Assembly (NCBI GenBank): GCA_965228735.1
Contig: OZ245838.1
Coordinates: 4,544,001-4,608,000, forward strand
Direction: 5' to 3'
Origin: Planctomycetota bacterium
Lineage (GTDB): Bacteria > Planctomycetota > UBA1135 > UBA2386
Length of the DNA: 64,000 bases
This document shows, piece by piece, positions 51,081-60,388 of the stretch. The position numbers and the translations under genes are program-made. Position 1 is the first letter of the stretch, and every line of letters begins with the position of its first letter. Below the pieces are notes generated by a model that was not told the origin of the DNA, searched no databases, and saw nothing but the letters and a program-made list of their open reading frames with translations.

Positions 51081-51158
51081 CGGGGTCCAGCCCCCGGATT
51101 CCGGGGCTTTCGACCGCCCGGCGCCGCGGGTACAACGTTCCGCCCCCTCTCCCACGCC

Positions 51159-51749
51159 ATGGCTACCTCCCGACGCTCGTCCTCCTCGTCCGCCCGTTCC
51201 CGCCGTTCGTCGAGTTCGGGCTCCGACTCGACCCAGGTCATGCTCATGGTGGGTGGCGGCGCGATCGCGATCGTGATCCTGCTCGTCTTGATGACCGGTG
51301 GCGGCGGTGAGAACGCGGATGCGAGCGGCAAGACCGGCAGCGGCTCCCAGAACGCCGATTCGAGCCAGAACGCCAAGTCCCCGGCGCGGCCCGCGCGCAC
51401 GCCCGCGAGCGGCACGGCCAAGGCGGGCAAGACGCCCGATCGGCCGGCGCCCGCGCTGTCGCACGACACGCTCGACAAGCTCGACGATCTCCTGGCCGAG
51501 GCCAAGACGTTCTACAACGAGGGCGTCCGCGCCCGGAACGCGACCGAGCACCAGAAGGCCCGCGAGGCGCAGTCCAAGGCCAAGGCCAAGCTCGACGCGT
51601 GGGAGAAGCTCGTCGAGCCGCAGCTGCGCTGGCAGGAGGAGGCGGAGATGGAGGACTGGGCGCAGCCCGCGGAGTACGACCTGCTGACGCGGCGGTATCC
51701 GACCTTCTCCAAGCTGCAGAAGATGGTCCGCATGGGCGGCGGCAAGTAG
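51159..51749 (+). CDS. Hypothetical single-TM membrane protein
   Basis: Arg/Ser-rich N-terminus, TM, linker and helical C-domain; GC3-rich codon usage. Confidence 0.7.
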   Translation: MATSRRSSSSSARSRRSSSSGSDSTQVMLMVGGGAIAIVILLVLMTGGGGENADASGKTGSGSQNADSSQNAKSPARPARTPASGTAKAGKTPDRPAPALSHDTLDKLDDLLAEAKTFYNEGVRARNATEHQKAREAQSKAKAKLDAWEKLVEPQLRWQEEAEMEDWAQPAEYDLLTRRYPTFSKLQKMVRMGGGK

Positions 51750-51771
51750 TCCGGCGCCGCGGCAGGTCGCG

Positions 51772-52605
51772 ATGCGTCTCGGCTATCACACCAACAGCCT
51801 GCAGAACCACCGGCTCGCGGACGCGCTGACGCTGCTGCAGGAGCACGGTTACGGCGCGATTGCGATCACGCCCGACACGTGTCACGTCGATCCGTTCGCG
51901 GTGACCGACGGCGAGCTCGACGAGCTCGCCCGGCGGCTGCGCGACCTCGACCTCGTGCCCGTGATCGAGACCGGGGCGCGGTTCCTGCTCGACCCGCGGC
52001 ACAAGCACGAGCCGACGCTGATGACCCGCGACGCCGCGGCGCGACGACGGCGGCTCGACTTCTACGAGCGCTGCGGCGTGATCGGCGCTCGCCTGGGGGC
52101 TGCGGTCGTGTCGTTCTGGGCCGGGATCGACCGGGCACCGGGCGACGACAGCGACGACCTGTTGCTCGAGGGCGTCGCGGCGACCTGCCGACGCATCCGG
52201 GCGAGCGGGCTCGAGCCGGCGCTCGAACCGGAGCCCGACATGGCCGTCGAGACCGTCGCGGACTGGCACCGCGTGCGGGACGCCCTCGGCGCCGACGCCC
52301 CGCGCCTCACGCTCGACATCGGCCATCTTTACGCCGTATGGGAAGGCGAGCCGGCGACGATCGTGCGGAACAATTCGGCCTTTCTGTCCCAGGTTCATCT
52401 CGAAGATATGCGCCGTGGCGTACACGAACATCTGCTTCCCGGGACCGGTGAAGTCGCGTTCGAAGCGGTCCTAGGTGCTTTGCAGGAAGGCGGCTACGGC
52501 GGCCCGGTGTGCTTCGAGCTGGCCCGGTCGAGCCATTGTGCGCCGACAGCCCTGGCGACGTGTCGGCAACTGTGGGACCGCTGCGTCAGGCCTTCCGAGC
52601 GTTGA
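51772..52605 (+). CDS. Sugar phosphate isomerase/epimerase (xylose isomerase-like TIM barrel)
   Basis: GYHTN, IETGARFLLDP.HKHEPTL, EPEP.M, TLDIGH, VHLEDM..GVHEHL.PG.G. Confidence 0.85.
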   Translation: MRLGYHTNSLQNHRLADALTLLQEHGYGAIAITPDTCHVDPFAVTDGELDELARRLRDLDLVPVIETGARFLLDPRHKHEPTLMTRDAAARRRRLDFYERCGVIGARLGAAVVSFWAGIDRAPGDDSDDLLLEGVAATCRRIRASGLEPALEPEPDMAVETVADWHRVRDALGADAPRLTLDIGHLYAVWEGEPATIVRNNSAFLSQVHLEDMRRGVHEHLLPGTGEVAFEAVLGALQEGGYGGPVCFELARSSHCAPTALATCRQLWDRCVRPSER

Positions 52606-52680
52606 CCCTGGCAGATTCCGCGTCCTACACTCCTGCCCTTCGCGCCCCTGGAGCGCATTTCTCGAAGCTAACCGAAGCCC

Positions 52681-52935
52681 ATGAGACTTTGCCCCACGGT
52701 CGAGGGTTCGCCCTCCCCGCTCATCACGCACCGCATCGCGGCCGGCGTGTGCCTCGCACGGCAGCGCACCAACTTCCACAAGTGCCACAAGTGCGTCTAT
52801 CGCGGCAAGGCGGCCGATTGGGTCGCCGAGGGCGAGCTGGAGCTGGCCGTGAACGGCCACGCCGGCAGCAGCAACGGCGTGGCGCACCATGGCGGGACCG
52901 CCAGGAAGGCCAAGGTCCTCGAGGCCGACGCCTGA
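52681..52935 (+). CDS. Small Cys/His-rich hypothetical protein
   Basis: LCP...VCLARQ..FHKCHKC; TACACT -10-like element upstream. Confidence 0.65.
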   Translation: MRLCPTVEGSPSPLITHRIAAGVCLARQRTNFHKCHKCVYRGKAADWVAEGELELAVNGHAGSSNGVAHHGGTARKAKVLEADA

Positions 52936-53483
52936 GTCTGCCCGCCGGCATCCTGCTCGATCTGACGCGGCGCTACTCCGAGCCGCACCGGCGCTACCAC
53001 ACGATCGAGCACGTCGCCGACATGCTGTGGCGCGGGCGCGAGCTCGGTCTCGACGACAACCAGGTGCTCGCGATCTGGTACCACGACGCGGTCTACGACG
53101 TGCCGGGTCCCGAGAACGAGGTCAGGAGCGCCGCGCTCGCCCGCGAGCAGCTCGGCGCGGCCGGCTGGGCCGCGGCGGACATCGACGTGGTCGAACGCAT
53201 CGTGCTCGACACGATCGAACACCGCCCGTCGCTGCCGGCGGCCGAGCTCGTGATCGACCTCGATCTCGCGTCGCTCGGCGCCGAGCCGGCTGGTTTCGCG
53301 CAGAACACGGCCAACCTGCGGGTGGAATACGGCCACCTCGACGACGACGCGTTCCGCGCCGCCCAGCGCGCGGTCTGCGAGCGCTTCCTCGCGCGCGACC
53401 GGATCTACTGCACCGAGTGGGGCCGACGGTTCGAGGCGCCGGCGCGGCGCAACCTCGAGGACTGTCTGAGTAACCTGCCCTGA
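52932..53483 (+). CDS. HD-superfamily metal-dependent phosphohydrolase
   Basis: YSEPHRRYHT..H, AIWYHDAVYD, NE..SA, DLDLASLG, R.EY, ARRNL; probable CTG start overlapping the upstream TGA. Confidence 0.85.
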   Translation: MSLPAGILLDLTRRYSEPHRRYHTIEHVADMLWRGRELGLDDNQVLAIWYHDAVYDVPGPENEVRSAALAREQLGAAGWAAADIDVVERIVLDTIEHRPSLPAAELVIDLDLASLGAEPAGFAQNTANLRVEYGHLDDDAFRAAQRAVCERFLARDRIYCTEWGRRFEAPARRNLEDCLSNLP

Positions 53484-53492
53484 CGCGCAGGG

Positions 53493-53852
53493 TCAGCTGT
53501 AGCTCGCGAGCAGTTTCTGCAGCGCGGCTTCGGCGTCGGCGTAGTGCGAGACGATCTGCGGCGTGAGATCGCGCACCGTGTCCGACTCGTTCTGGCGCGA
53601 CGCGACCTGCATGGCCTCGCACGAGTCCTGCAGAAACTTCGCGCCGAGGTTGCCCGACGTGCCCTTCAACGAGTGCGCCGCGCGCTCGACCTTCTCGAAG
53701 TCCCCTTCCTCGAGCCCCTCGGTGATGGCGCGGACCTTGGCCGGGCCGTCCTCGAGGAACATCTGGATCAGGTCGACCAGCAGTTCGGGGTCGCCGTCGT
53801 CCGCAAACGACAGCAGTTCCTCGACGATCGCCATGTCCAGCACGTTGTCCAT
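53493..53852 (-). CDS. Stand-alone Hpt phosphotransfer protein
   Basis: AAHSLKGTSGNLGA; GGAGG RBS. Confidence 0.92.
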   Translation of the reverse strand: MDNVLDMAIVEELLSFADDGDPELLVDLIQMFLEDGPAKVRAITEGLEEGDFEKVERAAHSLKGTSGNLGAKFLQDSCEAMQVASRQNESDTVRDLTPQIVSHYADAEAALQKLLASYS

Positions 53853-53984
53853 CAGTCCTCCCGTAGCGGCCCCCCCGCGTTCCGGTCAGATCGGCGCTCA
53901 GCGTGTCGGACTTGATCCCGGGTCGGGAACCCCTCTCGCGACGGGATTCCCGGACTCGACGGCAACGTGCCGGCGGACTCGGGA

Positions 53985-55205
53985 TCAGCTTTCGGCGGCA
54001 GCGCGGACTTCGTTCTCGGTCAGCAGTCGTTTGCTCGACTTGCCCGCCGCAAGGACCTTTTCGACCGCCTCGTCGGTCGGCTCGATGCCGAGCTTCTCGA
54101 GCACGAACGCCGCGTTGGACTTCCCTGCCATCGGGCCGACGGCGATCTTCTGTTCGCGCCCGATCAGGTGGGCCGGCACACCCGAGTAGACCGAGTCGGC
54201 GAGCGCGACGTCGCCCTTCTTGAACGCCTTGATCACGGCCGCGGCGTGCACGCCCGTGCCGGTCTCGAACGCGTCCGTCCCGAGCGCCGGGTAGTTGTGC
54301 GGGATCTCGACCTCGAGTGCCTGCGCCGCTGCGGTCACGTAGTCGGGCAGCGTCGACAGGTCGTTGTCGATCCAGCCCATGAGCTTGCAGTTGATCAGCA
54401 GCAGGTCCATCGGCGCGTTGCCCGCGCGTTCGCCGACCCCGAGCGCCGTGCCGTGGATGCGGTCGGCGCCGGCCTCGATCGCGGCGAGGTCGTTGGCGAT
54501 GCCGAGGTCACGGTCGCGGTGACCGTGCCAGTCGACACCGAGGGTCTTGTCGTGCTCGTCGGCGAGGTCGCGGACGAACTTCACGACGGCGCGGGCGCCC
54601 TGCGGCGTCGCGTGGCCGACCGTGTCACAGACGCAGAGGCGCCGCGCGCCGAGCTCGATCGCCTCGCTGTAGAGCGCCCGCAGGGTCTCGGGGCGTGCGC
54701 GCGTCGTGTCCTCGGTCACGTACATGACGGGCAGGTCGTGCTTCTGCGCGAACGCCAGCGCGTCGCGGGTGTTCTGCAGCATGCGCTCGAGTGTCCAGTC
54801 CTCGGCGAATTGGCGGATGTAGCTGCTGCCGATGAACGCGCAGACCTCGATCGGGATGCCGGCCCGCTGCGTCATCTCGACGACGGGTTCGATGTCGCTG
54901 ACGACGGTGCGACACGCGACGTTCACGCCGATCGACAGCTTCTGGTCCGCGATGTGCCGCGCGAGCTTGAAGATGTCCTCGCGCGGGCGGCCGCCAGCAC
55001 CGGGCAGGCCGACGTTGGCGGTGTGGATGCCGAGCCGGTCCATGCGCTCGACGAGGTCGATCTTCTGCTCGAGGTTCGGATCACTGACTGCCGGGGATTG
55101 CAGACCGTCGCGCAGGGTCTCGTCGTCGAACTGCAGTGGGCGGCTCGGCGCGAACGCGCCGTCCGTGCGGTTCCAGTCATGGATCAGGTCCTCGATATTC
55201 GTCAT
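53985..55205 (-). CDS. LeuA-family DRE-TIM synthase without a C-terminal regulatory domain
   Basis: DETLRDGLQ, EDTTRA, CDTVGHATP, WHGHRD, GVGERAGN, GVHA. Confidence 0.85.
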   Translation of the reverse strand: MTNIEDLIHDWNRTDGAFAPSRPLQFDDETLRDGLQSPAVSDPNLEQKIDLVERMDRLGIHTANVGLPGAGGRPREDIFKLARHIADQKLSIGVNVACRTVVSDIEPVVEMTQRAGIPIEVCAFIGSSYIRQFAEDWTLERMLQNTRDALAFAQKHDLPVMYVTEDTTRARPETLRALYSEAIELGARRLCVCDTVGHATPQGARAVVKFVRDLADEHDKTLGVDWHGHRDRDLGIANDLAAIEAGADRIHGTALGVGERAGNAPMDLLLINCKLMGWIDNDLSTLPDYVTAAAQALEVEIPHNYPALGTDAFETGTGVHAAAVIKAFKKGDVALADSVYSGVPAHLIGREQKIAVGPMAGKSNAAFVLEKLGIEPTDEAVEKVLAAGKSSKRLLTENEVRAAAES

Positions 55206-55291
55206 GGCAGTAGGTTAGCCCGCGACGCGGCGACTCCGAAGATCCCGCCTGCGTCTTCTCGGTCGGGGTCGCTGGCTGCATGATCGCCGAG

Positions 55292-56626
55292 GTGATCGTT
55301 CTCAAGTTCGGCGGCACGTCGGTGGGTTCTGCCGACCGCATCCGCGCTGTCGTCGACATCGTGCGGCAGCAGCGGGATCGCCGGCCGGTCGTCGTCGTGT
55401 CGGCGCACGCCGGCGTGACGGACCGCCTCGTGCAACTCGTCGAGGCCGCGCCGCGTGGCGACGCGCTGGCCATCGTCCAGGAGCTCGATGCACGACACCG
55501 CGAGATCCTCGCGGAGCTCGAAATCGATCCGGCGCTGCTGCGGCCGTTCTTCACGGAGCTGGCTGACCTCGCGCGTGGCCTGCGGCTCGTCGGCATCGCG
55601 AGCAAGAAGGCCGCCGATCGCGTGCTGAGCCTCGGCGAACGGTGCAGCGCCCGCACGGTCGCCGCGGCGCTGACGAAGGCCGGGCTGCCGAGCCGGGCGC
55701 TCGACGCGTTCGACGCCGGCCTCGTGACCGACAGCGATCACGGTCGGGCCCGGCCGCTGCCCGACAACGGCGAGATCGCGCGCGCGGTCGGCGCCGTGGC
55801 GAGCGTTGGCATCCCGGTGATCACGGGCTTCATCGGCGCGGACGTGGACGGCAACATCACGACGCTCGGTCGCGACGGCAGCGACTATTCCGCGGCGCTG
55901 TTCGGCGCCGCGCTCGCGGCGACCGAGATCCAGATCTGGAAGGACGTCGACGGCGTGCGCACGGCGGACCCGCGGCTCGTGCCCGCAGCGCGGCCGATCC
56001 GCGCGATGAGCTATCGCGAGCTGCGCGAGCTCAGCTCGTTCGGCAGCCGGGTCGTGCATCCGGGCGCGATGCTGCCGGCGATGGCGCGCGGCATTCCGAT
56101 CTTCGTGAAGAACACCGGCGCGCCCGAGCTGCCCGGCACGAAGATCCACGGCGGCGAGGGCGGGGATGACGCCGACCGGGTCACCGCGATCGCGCACCGG
56201 CGTGGTATCGCGCTCGTCACGCTCACCGCGGCCGGACCGCGGCAGCAACACGCGTTCCTCGGGGCGGTGTTCGGGGCCCTGGCGGAGACGCGGATCGACG
56301 TCGGGCCGCTGACCGTTTCCGAGGGTGCGGTGACGTTCGTGTTGGATGCGGGCGATGTGTCGGCCGCCAGCGAGCGCCTCGCGGCGATCGGCGCGGTCGA
56401 AGTCGTGCATGGCCGCGCGCTGCTCGGCGTCGTCGGGCGCTCGCGCGCGATCGGGCAACGGCACGTCGTCACCGTGCTGTCGACGCTGCGCGACCTCGGG
56501 ATCGAAGTGGCGTGTGCCGGCCAGGGCGCGACGGGCGCCACGGTGGCGGCGGTGATCGCCGCGGCCGAGCTGCCGCGCGCCGTCGCGGCCTTGCACGAAC
56601 GCTGCTTCCAGGAGGCGCCCGCGTGA
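55292..56626 (+). CDS. lysC: Aspartate kinase
   Basis: IVLKFGGTSV, VVVSA, GFIG, TTLGRDGSDYSA, WKDVDGV.TADPR, VHP; ACT domains. Confidence 0.92.
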   Translation: MIVLKFGGTSVGSADRIRAVVDIVRQQRDRRPVVVVSAHAGVTDRLVQLVEAAPRGDALAIVQELDARHREILAELEIDPALLRPFFTELADLARGLRLVGIASKKAADRVLSLGERCSARTVAAALTKAGLPSRALDAFDAGLVTDSDHGRARPLPDNGEIARAVGAVASVGIPVITGFIGADVDGNITTLGRDGSDYSAALFGAALAATEIQIWKDVDGVRTADPRLVPAARPIRAMSYRELRELSSFGSRVVHPGAMLPAMARGIPIFVKNTGAPELPGTKIHGGEGGDDADRVTAIAHRRGIALVTLTAAGPRQQHAFLGAVFGALAETRIDVGPLTVSEGAVTFVLDAGDVSAASERLAAIGAVEVVHGRALLGVVGRSRAIGQRHVVTVLSTLRDLGIEVACAGQGATGATVAAVIAAAELPRAVAALHERCFQEAPA

Positions 56627-57873
56627 GCCCGACCGGTCGTCGTGGCTTCGAGATCCTGCGCGATGCGGTCATCGTGGCGGGGGTTGCGCTGGTCGTCTTC
56701 CAGGTGATGCGACGCTACGTCGGTGACTACTACCGCGTGCCGAGCGGCAGCATGGAGCCGATGCTGTATGGCCACCCGAACGATGGCGACGTCGTCTGGG
56801 TCGATGCGTGGTCTTCGGCCGCGGACTGCGGGCGCGGTGATGTCGTCGTCGTGCAGCATCCCGAGGACTCCGGCGGCCAGCTCGTGAAGCGGGTCCTCGC
56901 GAACGGCGACGACGAGCTGTGCTGGATCGACTTCAGCGGCGGCGACGTGTTCCTCGGTGCGGATCGTCAACGGCTCGCGCGCGCGGTGAAGGAGCCGAGT
57001 GCCGCACGCCGCATGCGCGTGCGGTGGGGCGGTTGGCCGGGCAGCGCGGCGGCGCGGCGTCCGCTCGCGTGGACCGACCGGGCCAAGGTGCTCGACCACG
57101 CTACCGTGCCGGCGCTAACGATCGATGCGGCGACGTTGCGGCGGCGGTGCAGCCGGCGCGGCGGTGCTCGGCGGCAGAATGGTTCGCCGCTGCTGGCCGG
57201 GTTCGTCGGCACGCAGGACCCGGTCGATGCGAGCTACGTCGATGCCCGCGGCCAGCGCAGCCCGGAAGGCGCGGACGTGCAGGTCTTCGACGCCGGCATC
57301 GACCTGCGACTCGCTGGCGGCGTCGACACGCTCGCGCTCGTGCTCGAAACACGTTACGAGACGATCACCTGGCTGCTGCAGCAGGGCGGCGGGCTCGACT
57401 TTCTGCGCAACGGTGAGGAGGTCGTGACGGTCGACCTCGAGATCGGCTCGGACGCGGCGCGGCGCGTCGAGTTCGGGCGGCTCGACGACCGCTACTTCCT
57501 GCTGCTCGACGACGGGCAGAACATCGCGGACTTCGTGTTCGCCCGCCCGGTTGAGTGGCAGCGACCGCCCGAGCAACTGCCACGCGGGCCGCGCACGCGG
57601 TTGTGCTTCGCAGCGCTCGGAGAGCGCCCGCTCGTGATCGAACGTTTCGATGTCTTTCGCGACGTCTATCACTTCCGGAATCGCGTGCCCGGCAGTCGCG
57701 ACAACTCGCGATGGCCGATGCACGTGCCGCCCGGCCATTGGTTCCTCGCCGGGGACAACTCGTACGACAGCCACGACAGCCGGCAGTTCGGCCCGCGCCC
57801 CGCGACCGACTATCGCGGCCGCCCGCGGTTCGTGCTCGGGCCGTGGTCGCGGCGCCGGTGGTTATCGCCGTGA
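56623..57873 (+). CDS. lepB: Signal peptidase I with a large insertion
   Basis: VPSGSMEP (Ser), LVKRV (Lys), RDVYH, GDNSYDSHDSRQFG; GTGA overlap. Confidence 0.85.
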   Translation: MSPTGRRGFEILRDAVIVAGVALVVFQVMRRYVGDYYRVPSGSMEPMLYGHPNDGDVVWVDAWSSAADCGRGDVVVVQHPEDSGGQLVKRVLANGDDELCWIDFSGGDVFLGADRQRLARAVKEPSAARRMRVRWGGWPGSAAARRPLAWTDRAKVLDHATVPALTIDAATLRRRCSRRGGARRQNGSPLLAGFVGTQDPVDASYVDARGQRSPEGADVQVFDAGIDLRLAGGVDTLALVLETRYETITWLLQQGGGLDFLRNGEEVVTVDLEIGSDAARRVEFGRLDDRYFLLLDDGQNIADFVFARPVEWQRPPEQLPRGPRTRLCFAALGERPLVIERFDVFRDVYHFRNRVPGSRDNSRWPMHVPPGHWFLAGDNSYDSHDSRQFGPRPATDYRGRPRFVLGPWSRRRWLSP

Positions 57874-58466
57874 ACGACGGGTCCCCGCCAGAGCCGCCGA
57901 ACGGGTCGCGCGAACCGGATCCCGAGTCCGATCCCGATCCGCGCAGCGTCTCGATCGCCGGTGGCTGTCTCTATCTCGCGTTGCTGATCGCCGGCCTCGG
58001 TTGGCTGTGGGCGCGCGATCGTCTCGGGCTGCTGTCCGACCTTGCCATCGGCGACTTCGGCGCGCCGGCGGCCGTCGGGGTCGGTCTCGGGATCGGTCTC
58101 CTGGGGGCGCTGGTTTTCGTCCTCGTCGTGCATCGCACCAAGGCCGGCGCGGAATTGACGGAGCAGGCGCGCCGGATGTTCGTCCCGATGGGGGACGCGG
58201 CGCTCGCGCTCTTGGTCTGGCTCGGCGCCGTGGCCGAAGAAATCTTCTTCCGACTCGCCGTGCAGGACCAATTTGGTCTGCCTGGATCTGTTGCCGCCTA
58301 CGGCGTGCTGAGTATGTGTGGCCTGGGGGTGCGGTGGCTGCCGTTCGCGCTGCTGCACGCTCTCGTGCTCGGCGGCCTCGTGCAGCTCGGGTTCGGACTC
58401 CTGGCCTCGGCCGCTGCCAATGCGGTCATGAACTACCTGGCTCTACGAAGGATACTGACGCTTTGA
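57870..58466 (+). CDS. CPBP/Abi (CAAX protease-like) membrane protein with degenerate motifs
   Basis: Multi-TM; AEEIFFR; GTGA overlap. Confidence 0.65.
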   Translation: MNDGSPPEPPNGSREPDPESDPDPRSVSIAGGCLYLALLIAGLGWLWARDRLGLLSDLAIGDFGAPAAVGVGLGIGLLGALVFVLVVHRTKAGAELTEQARRMFVPMGDAALALLVWLGAVAEEIFFRLAVQDQFGLPGSVAAYGVLSMCGLGVRWLPFALLHALVLGGLVQLGFGLLASAAANAVMNYLALRRILTL

Positions 58467-60292
58467 CCTCCCTGACTGCCCTCCTCTGCAGCGTTACCTG
58501 CGGCGCGGCCGCGCTCCTCGCGCAGGGGCAGCCACCGGCGCCGCGGCCGCCGCAGGGTCAGGCTGAGCCGCGGGCGCCCATGCTGCTGCCGCAGCTCGTC
58601 GTGCTGCCGCGCGGCGACGCCAGTATCCAGGTCGACGGTACGCTCACGGACTGGCCCGAACTGCCGGCGGTGCGGCTCGACGATTCGCGACAGCTGTCCG
58701 GCACGGGCCTCAAGGCGTGGAACGGGCAGCGCGACGTGAGCGCGATCGCGTTCCTGCTCTGGGACGAGAAGGCGCTCTACTTCGCGGCCGCAGTGCGCGA
58801 CGAATGGCACCGGCCGCTCGATGCGACGTCGCTGCGGCTGTCGGAGATCCCGCTCGCCGATTCGATCGTCCTCACGTTCGACCCCGCGCGCGACACGCGC
58901 TCGATCGGCCCGGACCCGGGGCGCGCCGACGATCGCGAGTTCTGGCTCGCGGACGAGGCCGGGCGCGAGGTCGTGCAGTGGGATCGACTGCGCGGCTCGG
59001 CGCGCGTGCTCAAGCAGCCGGCGCGCGCCGTCGTGCTGCACGACAAGGAACAGGGCCTGACGACCTACGAGGTCCGCATTCCGTGGCGCGAGATCCTGCC
59101 CGCCGGCAAGCCGCCGGAGGCTGGCCGTGTCGTCGACGCGCAGATCGTGATCAACGACTTCGACGAGCCGACGGACACGGTGCCGCAGACGCGCATCGGC
59201 CTGACGTTCGGCTGCAGCCCGATCGTCGACCCGGGCCTGTTCGCGAGTCTCATGCTCGTCGCGGACAGCCAGGCGCTGCAGGGCCGCGTGCCGCAGTTCC
59301 CGCCGAAGCCGCCGACGGACGGCCCGCCGCTCGGCAGCGAGGACGACTGGCACGACCTCACCGCGCGCCTCCTGCGCCATCCGCCGGCGGTGCACGACGG
59401 CAGCGTCGCGCCGGAGCAGGCCGGCGGGCTCGCGCGCTTTGCGATCCTCGAGGAGATCGAGGCCGCGCACGAGCGCTTCCCGCGCGTCGACTACCTCGAA
59501 TACAACGCCCGGATCCAGCGCCGCATGGCGCGAGAGGTCGCGGGGATCCGGTCGCGCGGGCTGCCGTTCTGGTGGTACTCGCGGCTGCAGGGGGTGTCCA
59601 AGGCCGGCGAGGATCCCGTGCCCGAGGGCACGGCCCGTTTCTTCCGGCTGCCGATGGGCGGCTGGCTCGTCGCCACGGCGGACGGCGGGTTCCTCATCGA
59701 CGCGGCCGGGCCGGACCTCGCGCGCTGGCTCTGGGGCCGGAACGGGTTCTGCCTGCTGACGCAGCCGCTCGACATCACGCGGCGCAACGACCAGCTGCTG
59801 CTGCGGATGCTCCTCGGCAAGGCGCCGCGACCCGTGCTGTCCCACATCGCGTTCCACCTGCCGATCCTGCCGATGGACAAGATGCCGCTGGTGCAGCCGG
59901 GCCAGCCGTGCGGCAAGTTCGCCGGCGTGACCATCCGCGCGCTCGGCCAAAAGCTGCCGGACGGCTCCGTGCCGGGCAGCTGCGGCTACTACCTCGAAGT
60001 CGACGACGGCCCCCGGATCCTCGTCGTCGCACCGGGCACCCAGCCCGAGGAGATCGGCGACGACCCCGTCGACGTCATGCTGCTGTCGCCGCGCAACCCG
60101 CTCGTTCCCCAGGTCATCGAGCGCGCCGATCCGGGGCTCGTGATCCTCGATGAGGGCTTCCTCTGCCAATCGACCCCAGGCATCGGCCGCGCCAAACTGA
60201 GCGAGCTGCACACGATCCAGAAGGCGCTGCAGCCATTGCCGACCCTCCTGCTCGCCCCGGGCGAGTCCTGGGACGTGCAGCGCAAACAATGA
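58463..60292 (+). CDS. Secreted protein: CBM9/DOMON-like sugar-binding domain plus degenerate metallo-beta-lactamase fold
   Basis: TTGA overlap; signal peptide; DGTLTDW, WDEKALYFAAAVRD, DSIVL.FDP, YEVRIPW, IND; C-terminal FLID..., GYYLE, PGESW. Confidence 0.6.
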   Translation: MTSLTALLCSVTCGAAALLAQGQPPAPRPPQGQAEPRAPMLLPQLVVLPRGDASIQVDGTLTDWPELPAVRLDDSRQLSGTGLKAWNGQRDVSAIAFLLWDEKALYFAAAVRDEWHRPLDATSLRLSEIPLADSIVLTFDPARDTRSIGPDPGRADDREFWLADEAGREVVQWDRLRGSARVLKQPARAVVLHDKEQGLTTYEVRIPWREILPAGKPPEAGRVVDAQIVINDFDEPTDTVPQTRIGLTFGCSPIVDPGLFASLMLVADSQALQGRVPQFPPKPPTDGPPLGSEDDWHDLTARLLRHPPAVHDGSVAPEQAGGLARFAILEEIEAAHERFPRVDYLEYNARIQRRMAREVAGIRSRGLPFWWYSRLQGVSKAGEDPVPEGTARFFRLPMGGWLVATADGGFLIDAAGPDLARWLWGRNGFCLLTQPLDITRRNDQLLLRMLLGKAPRPVLSHIAFHLPILPMDKMPLVQPGQPCGKFAGVTIRALGQKLPDGSVPGSCGYYLEVDDGPRILVVAPGTQPEEIGDDPVDVMLLSPRNPLVPQVIERADPGLVILDEGFLCQSTPGIGRAKLSELHTIQKALQPLPTLLLAPGESWDVQRKQ

Positions 60293-60311
60293 TCAGACAG
60301 CGATTCGCTGA

Positions 60312-60340
60312 TTGAGCTTTCGCTGTTTGCTCATTAGCCT
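60312..60340 (+). promoter_or_regulatory. Putative sigma70 promoter for the AT-hook gene
   Basis: TTGAGC-17 nt-TAGCCT in an AT-enriched intergenic stretch. Confidence 0.5.
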
Positions 60341-60388
60341 CGTCCGCTGATTCGCGACCGCCGCACCGGCGGAGCGCCCGGAAACGAC

